Notes under the pieces: model-generated
What the model was told of the DNA's origin: nothing
The model's input: the letters and a program-made list of their open reading frames with translations, nothing else
Database searches by the model: none
DNA from: Escherichia coli
Lineage (GTDB): Bacteria; Pseudomonadota; Gammaproteobacteria; Enterobacterales; Enterobacteriaceae
DNA length: 64,000 nucleotides
Assembly: GCF_003790525.1 (NCBI RefSeq)
Contig: NZ_CP033635.1
Strand: one strand, 5' to 3'
Program-made: the position numbers and the translations under genes
Shown: positions 20,820 to 30,362 of the stretch, piece after piece
Layout of the letters: the number at the start of each line of letters is the position of its first letter
How positions within the stretch are numbered: the stretch's first letter is position 1

Positions 20820-22091
20820 CTATTCTTTCCAGTCAATCCCATCCAGTAAGCACCCTGCCTCATATTGCCCAACAACCCAGTCAAGATTGCAGGACTCATA
20901 GAAAGCGAGGCGATTATACTGTGGCTCGTTTTTTACCAGACCACGAACGGAGCCGCGTTGCCAGTACAGGCACAGATTGGCAAGAGGTGTGATCAGCACA
21001 GCATTGTCCGGGAAAAATGGAACGGTCACAGCCGGAAGATTCCCCAGCACGGGCTTTTTAATGATTTCCTCGTTAAGCAAAATTTCCTGATTCATCTGCG
21101 ATGGATCAAGACGGTTTATCAAAGGCCATTGTTTACGGACCAGAGTATTGTGACTGCATACGGCCACAATGCCTTCCTGCCACTGTTCATCAATCATGGA
21201 TTGCCAGGCATCCAGAACAAGTGCATCTATTGTATGGTGTGTACCGCGTGTATTGCTTGTCGGCGATGAAACAGAAAGACCGCTGATAACCCTTCCCGCT
21301 GCTTCGTTTCGAAACTTCTGCAACCATCCGACGCCGCAATCGTCACGGCCCGGATATGTTTCAGGATCAGATTGATCGGCATAGTGTGTGCCGTTAAAAC
21401 CAATCTGAATTAAATCCAGCCATTTCCGGCGTTCAAAAGCGGCACGGGCGCTTCCTTCAAGACCATTTGCGGACGCGTGAGCATCGACATTGTCGTAGCT
21501 CAACGCAAAATCAAAATTAACCTGCTCGCAGCGGTAGCCTCTTGAAACCAGTGAATGCGCCTGTAGTGGCGAACGGCGCTCGTGAGGTGGCGATGTACGT
21601 GCCAACGGCCGGGAAGCGTCTACCAGCACAACCTGACCTGATATATCCGTAACAGGCACGGGGGTTATTTCAGCAAGGAAATTTGCCTGCCATCCACTGG
21701 CAAGCGTTGCACTCTGGCGGGGAACGGGTTCAACTTCTGACGAATAGCGCGCAGTATCACCGGAAAAGTGCAAATCCTTCGGATGCTTTCCGGTTATCGA
21801 CTCGATAGCGCAATTGAAAACCATCTGAGACTGTTGATTTCGTTGTGATACAACATAATCAGCAGTGCAATTATAACACTCAATGCCGTCGTTATTACCC
21901 CCACCGCTTGCAGTATGCAGGGTGTGAAGCTCAAGCTCACGCTCCAGTTTTTGATATTCATTGTCCAGCGCGCGACGCGTCTCATCGCTTATGCTTGCTG
22001 TGTTTGCTTTCAGGCGATTCCGGGACATTAACTCCCTGAGTCGGCTCACTATATCAGCGCCGTGCAAATGTGAAATATTCAGACCGCCCAT
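20820..22091 (-). CDS. Hypothetical protein B of a two-gene cargo operon (about 423 aa), no recognisable family
   Basis: Start taken at the internal ATG (MGGLNISHLHG...) that overlaps the upstream gene stop as TAATG; the longer 470-aa ORF is read as an artefactual extension. Confidence 0.6.
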   Translation of the reverse strand: MGGLNISHLHGADIVSRLRELMSRNRLKANTASISDETRRALDNEYQKLERELELHTLHTASGGGNNDGIECYNCTADYVVSQRNQQSQMVFNCAIESITGKHPKDLHFSGDTARYSSEVEPVPRQSATLASGWQANFLAEITPVPVTDISGQVVLVDASRPLARTSPPHERRSPLQAHSLVSRGYRCEQVNFDFALSYDNVDAHASANGLEGSARAAFERRKWLDLIQIGFNGTHYADQSDPETYPGRDDCGVGWLQKFRNEAAGRVISGLSVSSPTSNTRGTHHTIDALVLDAWQSMIDEQWQEGIVAVCSHNTLVRKQWPLINRLDPSQMNQEILLNEEIIKKPVLGNLPAVTVPFFPDNAVLITPLANLCLYWQRGSVRGLVKNEPQYNRLAFYESCNLDWVVGQYEAGCLLDGIDWKE

Positions 22092-22801
22092 TACTGCCAC
22101 CCCCGGCAGAGTTCTCTGCCCTCCGCAAGGTCGCGCATTTTTTCTGGATTCTGTCGCGCCGCGCTCCATTGTACAGGTGAAGGGGCGTTCCTGATTGCGT
22201 GGCTTACCGAATCCGGCAGTTTCTCCGGGCAATAACGAAGCGGATTGGAGGCATCGCTCTCAATATCGTTAATCCGGCCGCGAATCAGCCCGACACTTTC
22301 AACAATATCTGCCATTTTCAGTGTTTCACATATTTTCTTTTCTGCGTTATACAGCGGCTGGCCAAGCAGCTCACATAAACCACGAATCAATAGCAGAGCA
22401 GGGGTCAGCTCGTTAATCAGTCCGGGAAGTGCTTTTGCAAATATCTCTGCCCGCAACTTATTATCAATGCTTTGGTAAGCACAGCCAGCCTCTGCCGCGT
22501 TATAACGACACTCCAGTAACCTGATGCGCGCCTCATCATGCAATACCCGCAGACGCTCAAGATTTTCTCGCGCCACACCCGCCTGAATGCATAATTTTGC
22601 GGAGGCTTCCGTTTTTGCGCCCAGCGCAGACAGGATTGAGTTCTGCCAGTCACGTTCGAGAGACTCCAGCTCCCCTTTCGTCTGTTCGATAGTCGCTTCC
22701 AGATTGGTGATTAATGATTCCTGTTCGCTGAGTTTTGCCATGGCCGTATCAAACTGTGCTTTACATGCCTGATGCCTGGCGCTTGCCTGAGTTATATCCA
22801 T
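22091..22801 (-). CDS. Hypothetical protein A of the two-gene cargo operon (236 aa), predicted coiled-coil N-terminal half
   Basis: Heptad-like, charge-rich N-terminus (KLSEQESLITNLEATIEQTKGELESLERD); no known motif recognised; first gene of the operon. Confidence 0.6.
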   Translation of the reverse strand: MDITQASARHQACKAQFDTAMAKLSEQESLITNLEATIEQTKGELESLERDWQNSILSALGAKTEASAKLCIQAGVARENLERLRVLHDEARIRLLECRYNAAEAGCAYQSIDNKLRAEIFAKALPGLINELTPALLLIRGLCELLGQPLYNAEKKICETLKMADIVESVGLIRGRINDIESDASNPLRYCPEKLPDSVSHAIRNAPSPVQWSAARQNPEKMRDLAEGRELCRGWQ

Positions 22802-22965
22802 TGTTTGCTCCTGTAATACATTTTTTACTTACGCCCATTTTTTCCATATTGCGTAATACATTCCAGCCGATTTTGTTCTCGTAATACGCTCACAATACTG
22901 TTGTATTACGCTTTCTTATATCGCGGGTGTTAAATCCCGGTATAAGCAATCAGGGAGGCAACACG

Positions 22966-23199
22966 ATGAAAAAACAAAAGAAAATGCGATACGTATTACG
23001 CTGTATTCGTATCCCGCACGAAATCGACCATAAAATAAATCAGATATGTAAGGACAGAGAGATGAACTACTCCCAGTGCGTCAGAATGTTTATCTGTCAG
23101 GGAATTAAGGCCGGGGAAACGCAGGAAGAAGACCGCAACGGGCGCAATGTAGCGGGAGATGTGTGGGCCTGGGCAAATGACCAGAACTACACGACGTAA
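22966..23199 (+). CDS. Small hypothetical protein, possibly a ribbon-helix-helix regulator
   Basis: Start taken at MKKQKKMRYVL...; divergent from the cargo operon; beta-strand then two helices by eye. Confidence 0.35.
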   Translation: MKKQKKMRYVLRCIRIPHEIDHKINQICKDREMNYSQCVRMFICQGIKAGETQEEDRNGRNVAGDVWAWANDQNYTT

Positions 23200-23249
23200 T
23201 ACAGAAATAACGTAGCCGGTTACACTCGCTGGCTGCGTTATACAAATCA

Positions 23250-23432
23250 CTATGAAGTTTTCAACTTCCTGCGCTTAGTGATGCGTACAAACGACTCAAG
23301 CGTACAAAAACAAGCCCCACACTCAATATTACTGCACTGGTAATACGTTTTGTAGATGTTTTGTTCGTGCTCTTCCAACGAACGACTACGGGTTCGGGCT
23401 GAAGCGCCACAGGCCGGGCAAGGGAAAGACAT
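23250..23432 (-). CDS. Ogr/Delta-family zinc-finger late-gene activator
   Basis: 60-aa ORF MSFPCPACGASARTRSRSL...YYQCSNIECGACFCTLESFVRIT aligns with P2 Ogr (MFHCPLCQHAAHARTSRYI...YHQCQNVNCSATFITYESVQRYIV). Confidence 0.8.
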   Translation of the reverse strand: MSFPCPACGASARTRSRSLEEHEQNIYKTYYQCSNIECGACFCTLESFVRITKRRKLKTS

Positions 23433-23793
23433 ATCACGCTCCTCTTACTGGTGTGAAATTTGACCTATTATATCTCCTGCCGCCCCCTCTGGCTGTATCA
23501 AATAAACCCGCAGCAGTCGCCGCGTATTACGGACGGACGCACCGTTCCCATGCTCACTCGTCACATTCCCCGTATCAGTTCTCTCTTACCGTAAGAACGG
23601 CTCTGGCTGGCGATAAAACTAACCCGGTCGGGCATTCCCGCAGTCTTTAGAGAAAATGTAATTTACCCCCTGAAACGTGGGCTGTTCCCCCGTCACCTGC
23701 GCGCGAAAAACTCACCGTTTTTTGTGCACGCACGAAATCGCCCTCCGGGTGCGCCAGTACTGGGCCGGATGGGCAAAAAGTTACTCTAAAAAA

Positions 23794-23820
23794 TTGTGCA
23801 AATTTGTGCACTTTTGTGCA
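23794..23820. promoter_or_regulatory. Three direct TTGTGCA repeats at 10-bp spacing (operator-like)
   Basis: TTGTGCA at 23794, 23804 and 23814, with a fourth copy at 23722; helical phasing suggests a DNA-binding protein array. Confidence 0.35.
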
Positions 23821-24042
23821 GATGAACAATAGCGTGAAAAAGAGTGCTTTTGAGAGATTTTTTATGGCAACTGCGCCGCGTGTATTACGTTTTTTACCAT
23901 CCCCGCCGCGCATGTACATACTTCATTTTTCTGCCAGACAACAGGGCAACTCCCCGTGACTGACAGCCCCAAAAAATCAATGATTGATGTTGCATTTTTG
24001 TTAAAGGTTAGACCAGTTGTTTTAGGGCTCTGCCTCATAATC

Positions 24043-24366
24043 CGGTGGGGGGTGCGCAAAGCGGTTACAACGGTTACAACACTCAAAAACACCACTTAAC
24101 AGCATGATTTTAATGGATATTGTTTGTAACCGCTTTGCGGTTACACTGCGGTTACAACGGTTACAGGTTTCAAAAAGCACTTTATTATCAATCAATTAAA
24201 AACTTAACCTGTAACCGCCTGTAACCTAACAAAACGGTTACATGTAACCGCGTTGTAACCGCTTTTATAACTCATCGGACCAGTTATAATATATTGATAT
24301 ATAATACAAAAATAAGTAATTTTAAATTTGTAACCGTTGTAACCGCTTTGCGCACCCCCCCCCAAA
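24043..24366. repeat. Iteron cluster flanked by a ~30-bp inverted repeat (candidate satellite origin)
   Basis: GGGGGGTGCGCAAAGCGGTTACAACGGTTAC (24045-24076) and its reverse complement (24330-24363); at least 8 GGTTACA/TGTAACC copies in both orientations in between. Confidence 0.7.
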
Positions 24367-24611
24367 CTTTAGCGCGACCCTTTAAAATGTTAATTAAACT
24401 CACTTACTCTGTATCTCTCTCGTTAACTCTCTGTTATTGAAATGTATCTCTCCACTGTTTCACTCTTTCTGATAATCAGGGGAAGCAAAAAATTGATGGC
24501 GGCACTACTGCAATATGGCCACCATTGCATTGCTGTTACCGTTGGTTCTGGCCAACAAAAAAGGTCAGCGGGAAACTGACCTCTTTTGCTGTGAATGCGG
24601 CGTTCTGCGGG

Positions 24612-25616
24612 TTACTCTGCTGGCTCTTTTTCTTCGGTGATCACTATGTTGGCTACCGGGTTAAATCTCATGGCATCTGCCAGATAATCCGGTGCAAAAT
24701 GTGCGTATGCCATAGTCTGCTGAATTGTCGCATGCCCAAGGATTTTTTGTAGCGCAAGAATGTTGCCACCGTTCATCACAAAGTGACTGGCGAATGTATG
24801 CCGCAATACATGCGCAGCCTGCCCCCTCGGTAAATCGGGTTTTATTTTTTTTAATGCCCGGCAAAACTCTCTGTACTTCACATCAAACAGTCGCCCGGTT
24901 TCTTTTGTTTTTACGGCATCGCATATTTCCTGCGACACAGGCACCGTTCTTTTTCTACCGTTTTTGGTTTCCAGAAACGTTATTCTGTTATGAACTATTT
25001 GCTCTCCATGCAATCTGCTGGCCTCACTCCAGCGGGCTCCGGTACAAAGACACAAGAGCGCAACCCTTCGTTGATCTCCATTCAGCCCGTCAAGCAACAA
25101 TGTGACCTCGTTTTTTGATAAAAAGGCCATTTCCCGCTGCTTTACATAAAGAACAGGAATACCACGAACCGGATGCTCTGCATCCCACAAACCGATCTTT
25201 TTCAGGGCTGTAAACATCCCCGATAATCTGTTCATGTATCTGTTTGCTGAGGACGGCTTTAATCCTTCCGCAATTTTCTGCGATCGCCATGCAATGATTT
25301 TTAATTTGTTGAGTTCTGCCGCAAACATGTCAGCTCCAAGCTCATTAATAATTTTGCCAAGTTGCTGTTTATCCGTGTTTGCCTTTCGCCTGTGCTGACC
25401 GTGATAGACCCACCACAATTCCAGTAAATCGCTAAGCGTTCTCCGGTCGCGATAGCCCTGTATAAACTCGCGCTTTTCGGCGTTCGCTATGATGTACCGT
25501 TCAGTTGCTGTAGCTATCGATTTTTTGTCAAATATTCTTCTGATGCGCTTCCCTTTACGTCCGCATGGCCTGATATCGAGCAGCCACCGCCCATCATGCA
25601 TCTTTCTGATCGGCAT
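24612..25616 (-). CDS. Tyrosine recombinase (phage integrase family, XerC/D-like)
   Basis: Catalytic region ARWSEASRL ... HVLRHTFASHFVMNGGNILALQKILGHATIQQTMAYAHF; ATG at 25616 with GGAGG upstream, directly after the primase stop. Confidence 0.7.
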   Translation of the reverse strand: MPIRKMHDGRWLLDIRPCGRKGKRIRRIFDKKSIATATERYIIANAEKREFIQGYRDRRTLSDLLELWWVYHGQHRRKANTDKQQLGKIINELGADMFAAELNKLKIIAWRSQKIAEGLKPSSANRYMNRLSGMFTALKKIGLWDAEHPVRGIPVLYVKQREMAFLSKNEVTLLLDGLNGDQRRVALLCLCTGARWSEASRLHGEQIVHNRITFLETKNGRKRTVPVSQEICDAVKTKETGRLFDVKYREFCRALKKIKPDLPRGQAAHVLRHTFASHFVMNGGNILALQKILGHATIQQTMAYAHFAPDYLADAMRFNPVANIVITEEKEPAE

Positions 25617-25618
25617 GT

Positions 25619-28288
25619 TTAACTCCCCTCCTTGTAACTGAATATCCGGCATTTCAGTACTTCCGGCTCTCTGGCCTCGGCGACCCCTCTTCCGGCGTTT
25701 GCCTGTCTGGAGACCTCACTACGAATGGTTTTGCGGCCTGTCAAAGGTCGGGAACGTCCGGCTGCGAGCAACTCAATCATTTCGCGGTCAGTTCGGATCT
25801 CCACGCGGTGAATAGCGGCAGCCTGTGCCAGTTGCGGAATACTGATAGCAATCCCCTCGCGGCATCCCTTGCCGTAGTGGTTTACACCGTATTTTGTTAT
25901 GCCGTCCAGATAGTCGAACGCCTCCCAGAACGCTATTACTTCCGGCAAGTCATCCGTTACCGCTTTAACTTGTTCCGCTGCCATTCGTTCCAGTTCCTGG
26001 CATGTGGCATTAAGCCATTCATCCGGGATATCAATAACGCATTTCAGCGCCCTGACCAGCGCAATAAGTTGCGCGTGATTTTTGGCAATACGGGGATGGA
26101 GAATATTTTCGCAACCGCAAAGGCGGGTCGTTTCAGGCTCTGAGAGCGCCAGAAACATTTCCATAATTGCCCGTTCACGGCTGACTGCCCGATGAATAAA
26201 CCCTGACACCTTCTCAACGGGGTAGAGTTCCAGTCGTCTCGCCGCCAGCCGGGTATCAGACGAGTGGCGCTTTTTATCGGTATATATGCGAATCAGTCGC
26301 TCAATAATTGCAAGTGAGGCGTTTACCCTGGCATTCTGTGCAATCACGATAGCGCCCTTAAAATCCGGGTCATAGGTGTTGTTATTGTTGGTCTTAACGC
26401 CACGAACGCCGATACCGCCGCCGTTATAGAGGCTTTTCAGGTTATCGAAGTCAAACGCACCTCTTTTTTGCGCATTGCCTCCCCTGTCTGCTTCAATCAG
26501 AACAACAGGTAATCCGGCGACCTGTCCAAAGGTGCGCTTCCAGCCCGCCTCTGATCCTTTGGTTGGATCAACGCCTTCATAGTTGTCACGACCGCACAAC
26601 CGCCAGCAAAAATCAATCAATGTTGATTTACCCGTTCCGGGCTCCCCGGTGACTTCAAGGAAGGGGAAGGATTCTTCTTTATCCCGGATTTGTTCGCTGA
26701 ACAGGGAGCCCAACCAGAAAGCCAGGGTAATAATTCCTTTTTCACCAAAAGCCAGCCAGAGATCTTCCACCCAGGACTCTGTAAACTCATCCGGTTTTTT
26801 GTAGTTAATCTGTAATGTGGGTTTTTCGCTTAATGGTTTTGCGTTTATGCCATCAATTTCAAAATAATCTTCGTCATTGATTTCATAAGTTTTTCCCTTG
26901 TAAACAGCAATATCATTAAACAGCCATGCCCCAATCGCCTTGTTGTATCCGATAAAATCCTGACCAATAACCTCTTTTATTGCGGGAAGGTCATTTTTTA
27001 TTAATGCGTCAAGGTGCGCAGTTGTTCCGGTATAAATGCCGCCTTTTGCCACATGCAACAGGCGTTTTTTAAATTCAGATGCGGATGTCAATTGTCCTGA
27101 TGTAAAGGTGTTTTTCACCGTAGCACCATCCGGGAACGTAACACGGAAGTAATACCATGCTTCATCCGTGTCATTATTTCTAATGTAATAAAGCGGCGCT
27201 GGGTTACAGTTTGCGATTTCTTTTACTGCGCCAGATTCCTTAAGTGCAATTTTGCGCGCTTCATCCTCATCAACACTTCTCTCATTCTTGGCACGCTCTA
27301 CAGCTTTCATATAGCGCTCAATGTCCAGTTTGAACCAGAAAACACGGTTATCAAAAGTAAAATGAAATTCCTTCCGCTCACGAAAGGAAAATATTATTAG
27401 CGCCTTATCTCTCGGAGATTTCGCCAGCAATAAATCACCGTAATGACGGTATCTTTTCACATCATGGCCACGCAGCTTTCCGGCGATGTGTAAATCATTC
27501 CAGTCGCGTTTATTGTTGTTTTTACCTGGCAACGCCGCTGCCGTTCTCCAGCCGTCTTCGGCGCTGCGTTCTGCATGTTTTTTCGCGTAACGCTCACCCG
27601 CACGCCCGTTATCCAGCGCCCACACAATAACCGGACGGGGATTATCCCCGCACAGCTTCGCCAGCTCTTCCAGCGCCTTATCAGGGTAGTTCACGGCAGA
27701 CATGACAGAAACGGCCGCAATGCCATTCTGGTTAAGGCTGATGGCATCAAAGATGCCCTCACAAATCCAGATTTCTTTGGCCTTGCTTAAATCTGCTCCC
27801 GGATAAGCCCACCACAACCCCTTGTAGCTGCCGGAAAAATTCGCCTTGCGCGCGAAGCGTCCCGGTCGGTCTATGATGCGCTCCCACCACACGCCGTCAG
27901 CCAGCGTAAAACGCACAGTAGCGGCCTGTTCGCCGTTTTCCTTGTCCTGGTATCGCTCCTGAGTAAATGCGCCCTTCAGTGGCCCCACAGCAATATTGCG
28001 CGCCTCCTGAAGATAAGCTGCCACCGCTGCATATGGCTCGTCTTTCGTGCTGATATAACGATCTGACCATGATGAAAACACATCCGGGTAAAGTTCTTTG
28101 GTCAGCAGGTCTGTACCGCATTTATTTTCGCGCCCACAGTGTACGATGTACGGCCTTTCAAGGCTGGTAAACAACTCTTTCTTTCCACATTGCGGACAAA
28201 CACCATACCGGAGGTAGTTATTTTCTTCTTTGAAGTTGTAATCACGGATAAGACGGTTAATAATCTCTTTTCTGATGTCAGATTTCAT
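25619..28288 (-). CDS. Primase-helicase (P4 alpha / PICI Pri-Rep-like)
   Basis: N-terminal zinc finger CPQCGKKEL...HCGRENKCG, TOPRIM-like region, Walker A GEPGTGKST; start at the ATG with GGTGGAG SD rather than the upstream GTG. Confidence 0.85.
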   Translation of the reverse strand: MKSDIRKEIINRLIRDYNFKEENNYLRYGVCPQCGKKELFTSLERPYIVHCGRENKCGTDLLTKELYPDVFSSWSDRYISTKDEPYAAVAAYLQEARNIAVGPLKGAFTQERYQDKENGEQAATVRFTLADGVWWERIIDRPGRFARKANFSGSYKGLWWAYPGADLSKAKEIWICEGIFDAISLNQNGIAAVSVMSAVNYPDKALEELAKLCGDNPRPVIVWALDNGRAGERYAKKHAERSAEDGWRTAAALPGKNNNKRDWNDLHIAGKLRGHDVKRYRHYGDLLLAKSPRDKALIIFSFRERKEFHFTFDNRVFWFKLDIERYMKAVERAKNERSVDEDEARKIALKESGAVKEIANCNPAPLYYIRNNDTDEAWYYFRVTFPDGATVKNTFTSGQLTSASEFKKRLLHVAKGGIYTGTTAHLDALIKNDLPAIKEVIGQDFIGYNKAIGAWLFNDIAVYKGKTYEINDEDYFEIDGINAKPLSEKPTLQINYKKPDEFTESWVEDLWLAFGEKGIITLAFWLGSLFSEQIRDKEESFPFLEVTGEPGTGKSTLIDFCWRLCGRDNYEGVDPTKGSEAGWKRTFGQVAGLPVVLIEADRGGNAQKRGAFDFDNLKSLYNGGGIGVRGVKTNNNNTYDPDFKGAIVIAQNARVNASLAIIERLIRIYTDKKRHSSDTRLAARRLELYPVEKVSGFIHRAVSRERAIMEMFLALSEPETTRLCGCENILHPRIAKNHAQLIALVRALKCVIDIPDEWLNATCQELERMAAEQVKAVTDDLPEVIAFWEAFDYLDGITKYGVNHYGKGCREGIAISIPQLAQAAAIHRVEIRTDREMIELLAAGRSRPLTGRKTIRSEVSRQANAGRGVAEAREPEVLKCRIFSYKEGS

Positions 28289-28336
28289 ATATAAAACTCC
28301 ACCCCACTGCACCTTTTGCCGTGGGGTTTTTATTAA

Positions 28337-28636
28337 TTACTCGTTACTTATTGCTTTGGCAATCCCGGCGGTTTCAGCACTATGCCATGAAAAAATTCCG
28401 CCAGAAGTATGCATTCCTGACTTAATCACTCGTAATTCCCGATAAAGAATGTTAGTTAATGATTCCATTTCATTAATTTGCACTGGCATTCTCTCACTGG
28501 TATTAATTTCACCTGTCAATGCTGAAATGAGCGCAATAACATTTATTACATCTTCAAGATTCTCAATGGAATCTTCCGTGAAAAAACCAGCGTATTCTTT
28601 TTTGTATATATTGCGGATATTCTGATTTTCAGACAT
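28337..28636 (-). CDS. Hypothetical satellite protein
   Basis: 99-aa ORF in the same-strand gene array upstream of the primase. Confidence 0.4.
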   Translation of the reverse strand: MSENQNIRNIYKKEYAGFFTEDSIENLEDVINVIALISALTGEINTSERMPVQINEMESLTNILYRELRVIKSGMHTSGGIFSWHSAETAGIAKAISNE

Positions 28637-28703
28637 AAAAACTCCCCGACCCGTTAAGATCGAAATATAAATTTAATTCAGTTATCAGTTGGTAATTCGG
28701 TAA

Positions 28704-28922
28704 TCAGTCGGAAAGCTGCGTCACCTTCAACGCTTTGAAATGTGTCATTCCCAGCTCTTCCAGCCCTTCGGCTGCGCGGCGTATGGCTTCGCCCGGTCCC
28801 GTTCCGTATACCGTTGCATGTGCATGTTTGGTTAACCCACGTTTATTAACGGCATAACCCAACACAAAGAAACGTTTTTCACCACTGCCATTATTTTTAC
28901 GGGATATTGAACGGCTTTTCAT
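28704..28922 (-). CDS. Hypothetical satellite protein
   Basis: 72-aa ORF; stop overlaps the next gene. Confidence 0.4.
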   Translation of the reverse strand: MKSRSISRKNNGSGEKRFFVLGYAVNKRGLTKHAHATVYGTGPGEAIRRAAEGLEELGMTHFKALKVTQLSD

Positions 28923-29134
28923 TTCTTCACCCTTACCACTGATGCTGTGAGTTCTTCTGGCAATTGATATTTCGGCGCAATTTCTTCCGTATACCTGATA
29001 GCGTCCCTTGCCGCTTTTCCTTTTGATTTATATTTATATGTGGTGCGGTAGTTTTCTTCCTCTCCTGTTACCACATTACGCAATTTTATATGAATCTCGT
29101 ACATCGTTACCCCTCCATGATTTTTACTGCGCAT
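28919..29134 (-). CDS. Hypothetical satellite protein
   Basis: 71-aa ORF in a compact overlapping array. Confidence 0.35.
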   Translation of the reverse strand: MRSKNHGGVTMYEIHIKLRNVVTGEEENYRTTYKYKSKGKAARDAIRYTEEIAPKYQLPEELTASVVRVKK

Positions 29135-29289
29135 TTGTGGGTTAATCGCCCCTGTTTGTCATTGCGGGAATATGCCATACGACAGGTATCACGCCATGCA
29201 TCGTCATAAGTCGGATATTCCCGGGAATGAATCATCTGGCGAACGTCGCCGTTCTGGTAGTTAATCAGGGTGATAAGGAGCTTAAACAT
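29107..29289 (-). CDS. Hypothetical small protein (about 60 aa)
   Basis: ATG at 29289 (MFKLLITLINYQNG...) preceded by GGAGG; the longer 145-aa ORF is read as an extension. Confidence 0.35.
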   Translation of the reverse strand: MFKLLITLINYQNGDVRQMIHSREYPTYDDAWRDTCRMAYSRNDKQGRLTHKCAVKIMEG

Positions 29290-29719
29290 GGCACGCCTCC
29301 CGGACACGGATACGGGCAACAAAGACCAGACGGGATGCCGGAAGCAGGGCGCGCGCTTCGCGCTCACTGGCAGCGGTAACGGTATGAAGGCGGATATTTT
29401 TACCGTGGCACTGCATAAAGCGCCAGATAAAATCAGGGCGTGTTGATATAGCCATTTTGGCGGCTCCTTGATTAAGTTTACGGAGTCTCGCCAGCACGCT
29501 GTCAAACATGGTGGCGGGACGTAACAGGGTTGACAGACTGGCAATCAAGGAACCAGCGAGCGCAAAGGCTCCCCCATTACGCCCCGCCATAATACGGGGT
29601 AGGGTGGAATTACGGGCACAAAAAAACCGCATTACGGAAATATAGCGGCTACCCGCTTGATTGTTCAGGCTGTCAAACCCGGCACCCGCTTTATGAGGTG
29701 CGGGCAAACGATACGCCAT
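29282..29719 (-). CDS. Hypothetical satellite protein (about 145 aa)
   Basis: Start taken at MAYRLPAPHKAGAGFDSL...; same-strand array between AlpA and the primase. Confidence 0.4.
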   Translation of the reverse strand: MAYRLPAPHKAGAGFDSLNNQAGSRYISVMRFFCARNSTLPRIMAGRNGGAFALAGSLIASLSTLLRPATMFDSVLARLRKLNQGAAKMAISTRPDFIWRFMQCHGKNIRLHTVTAASEREARALLPASRLVFVARIRVREACHV

Positions 29720-30362
29720 GACAAAAAAGCGAGTCAAGCAATATTGCAAATTATTTTTGCGCAATTGCGCTGAGTGATTGATTTTTAAGAGTAAAAAAGT
29801 CATAATCATTTCTGCCTATTGTTTCTTATTGTTGATTTCAGGTGCACTAAATGCACATCCTTGACTGGTTGGCTCGCTGGCTTTAGCGAGCTTCTTTTTT
29901 GCTCTGCTGCCAATACCCGGCCTCCTTCCCTCACATGTAGTCATGTGCTCATTCCAGTCAGGTGGATAATGCTGTATTACCGGACATCCGGTTATGATGT
30001 TTAAAGCGTTTGTTTGTTTATGCCACGTGGAGAATATACCCCCACCGCCATTACTTGTATTTATCATAACAGTTCACCCAATTCGGTTAATGTAACCGGA
30101 ATAACTCAATTTCATACACTGTAAATAAATGCTGATTTTAAACTTAGCTCCTTGGAATATATTTCTTACGTGTGACGCACAGGTGAAAATATCCCTCTGA
30201 TAGTCCATTTTCTTTTATTTTGTCACATCTGTTTACTCCGGTTCCCTTAACAAGGGTAGAGCATCTTTTAAACCATGAATGCATCTTCGGTTAAGTGATG
30301 TTTCTTATTGTATGAAATATTTAGGCGCATATCGCGCCATGCTGACTATAAAATGAAAATAA

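Noticed and set aside
22092-22232. N-terminal 47-codon extension of the 470-aa ORF
   Set aside because: The extension overlaps the end of the upstream gene in another frame; an internal ATG forms a TAATG stop/start overlap with that gene, which is the more plausible start.
24043-24366. Short repeats that could be mistaken for a CRISPR array
   Set aside because: Repeat units are only 7-9 bp, irregularly spaced and in both orientations, with a long terminal inverted repeat; this is iteron/origin-like architecture.
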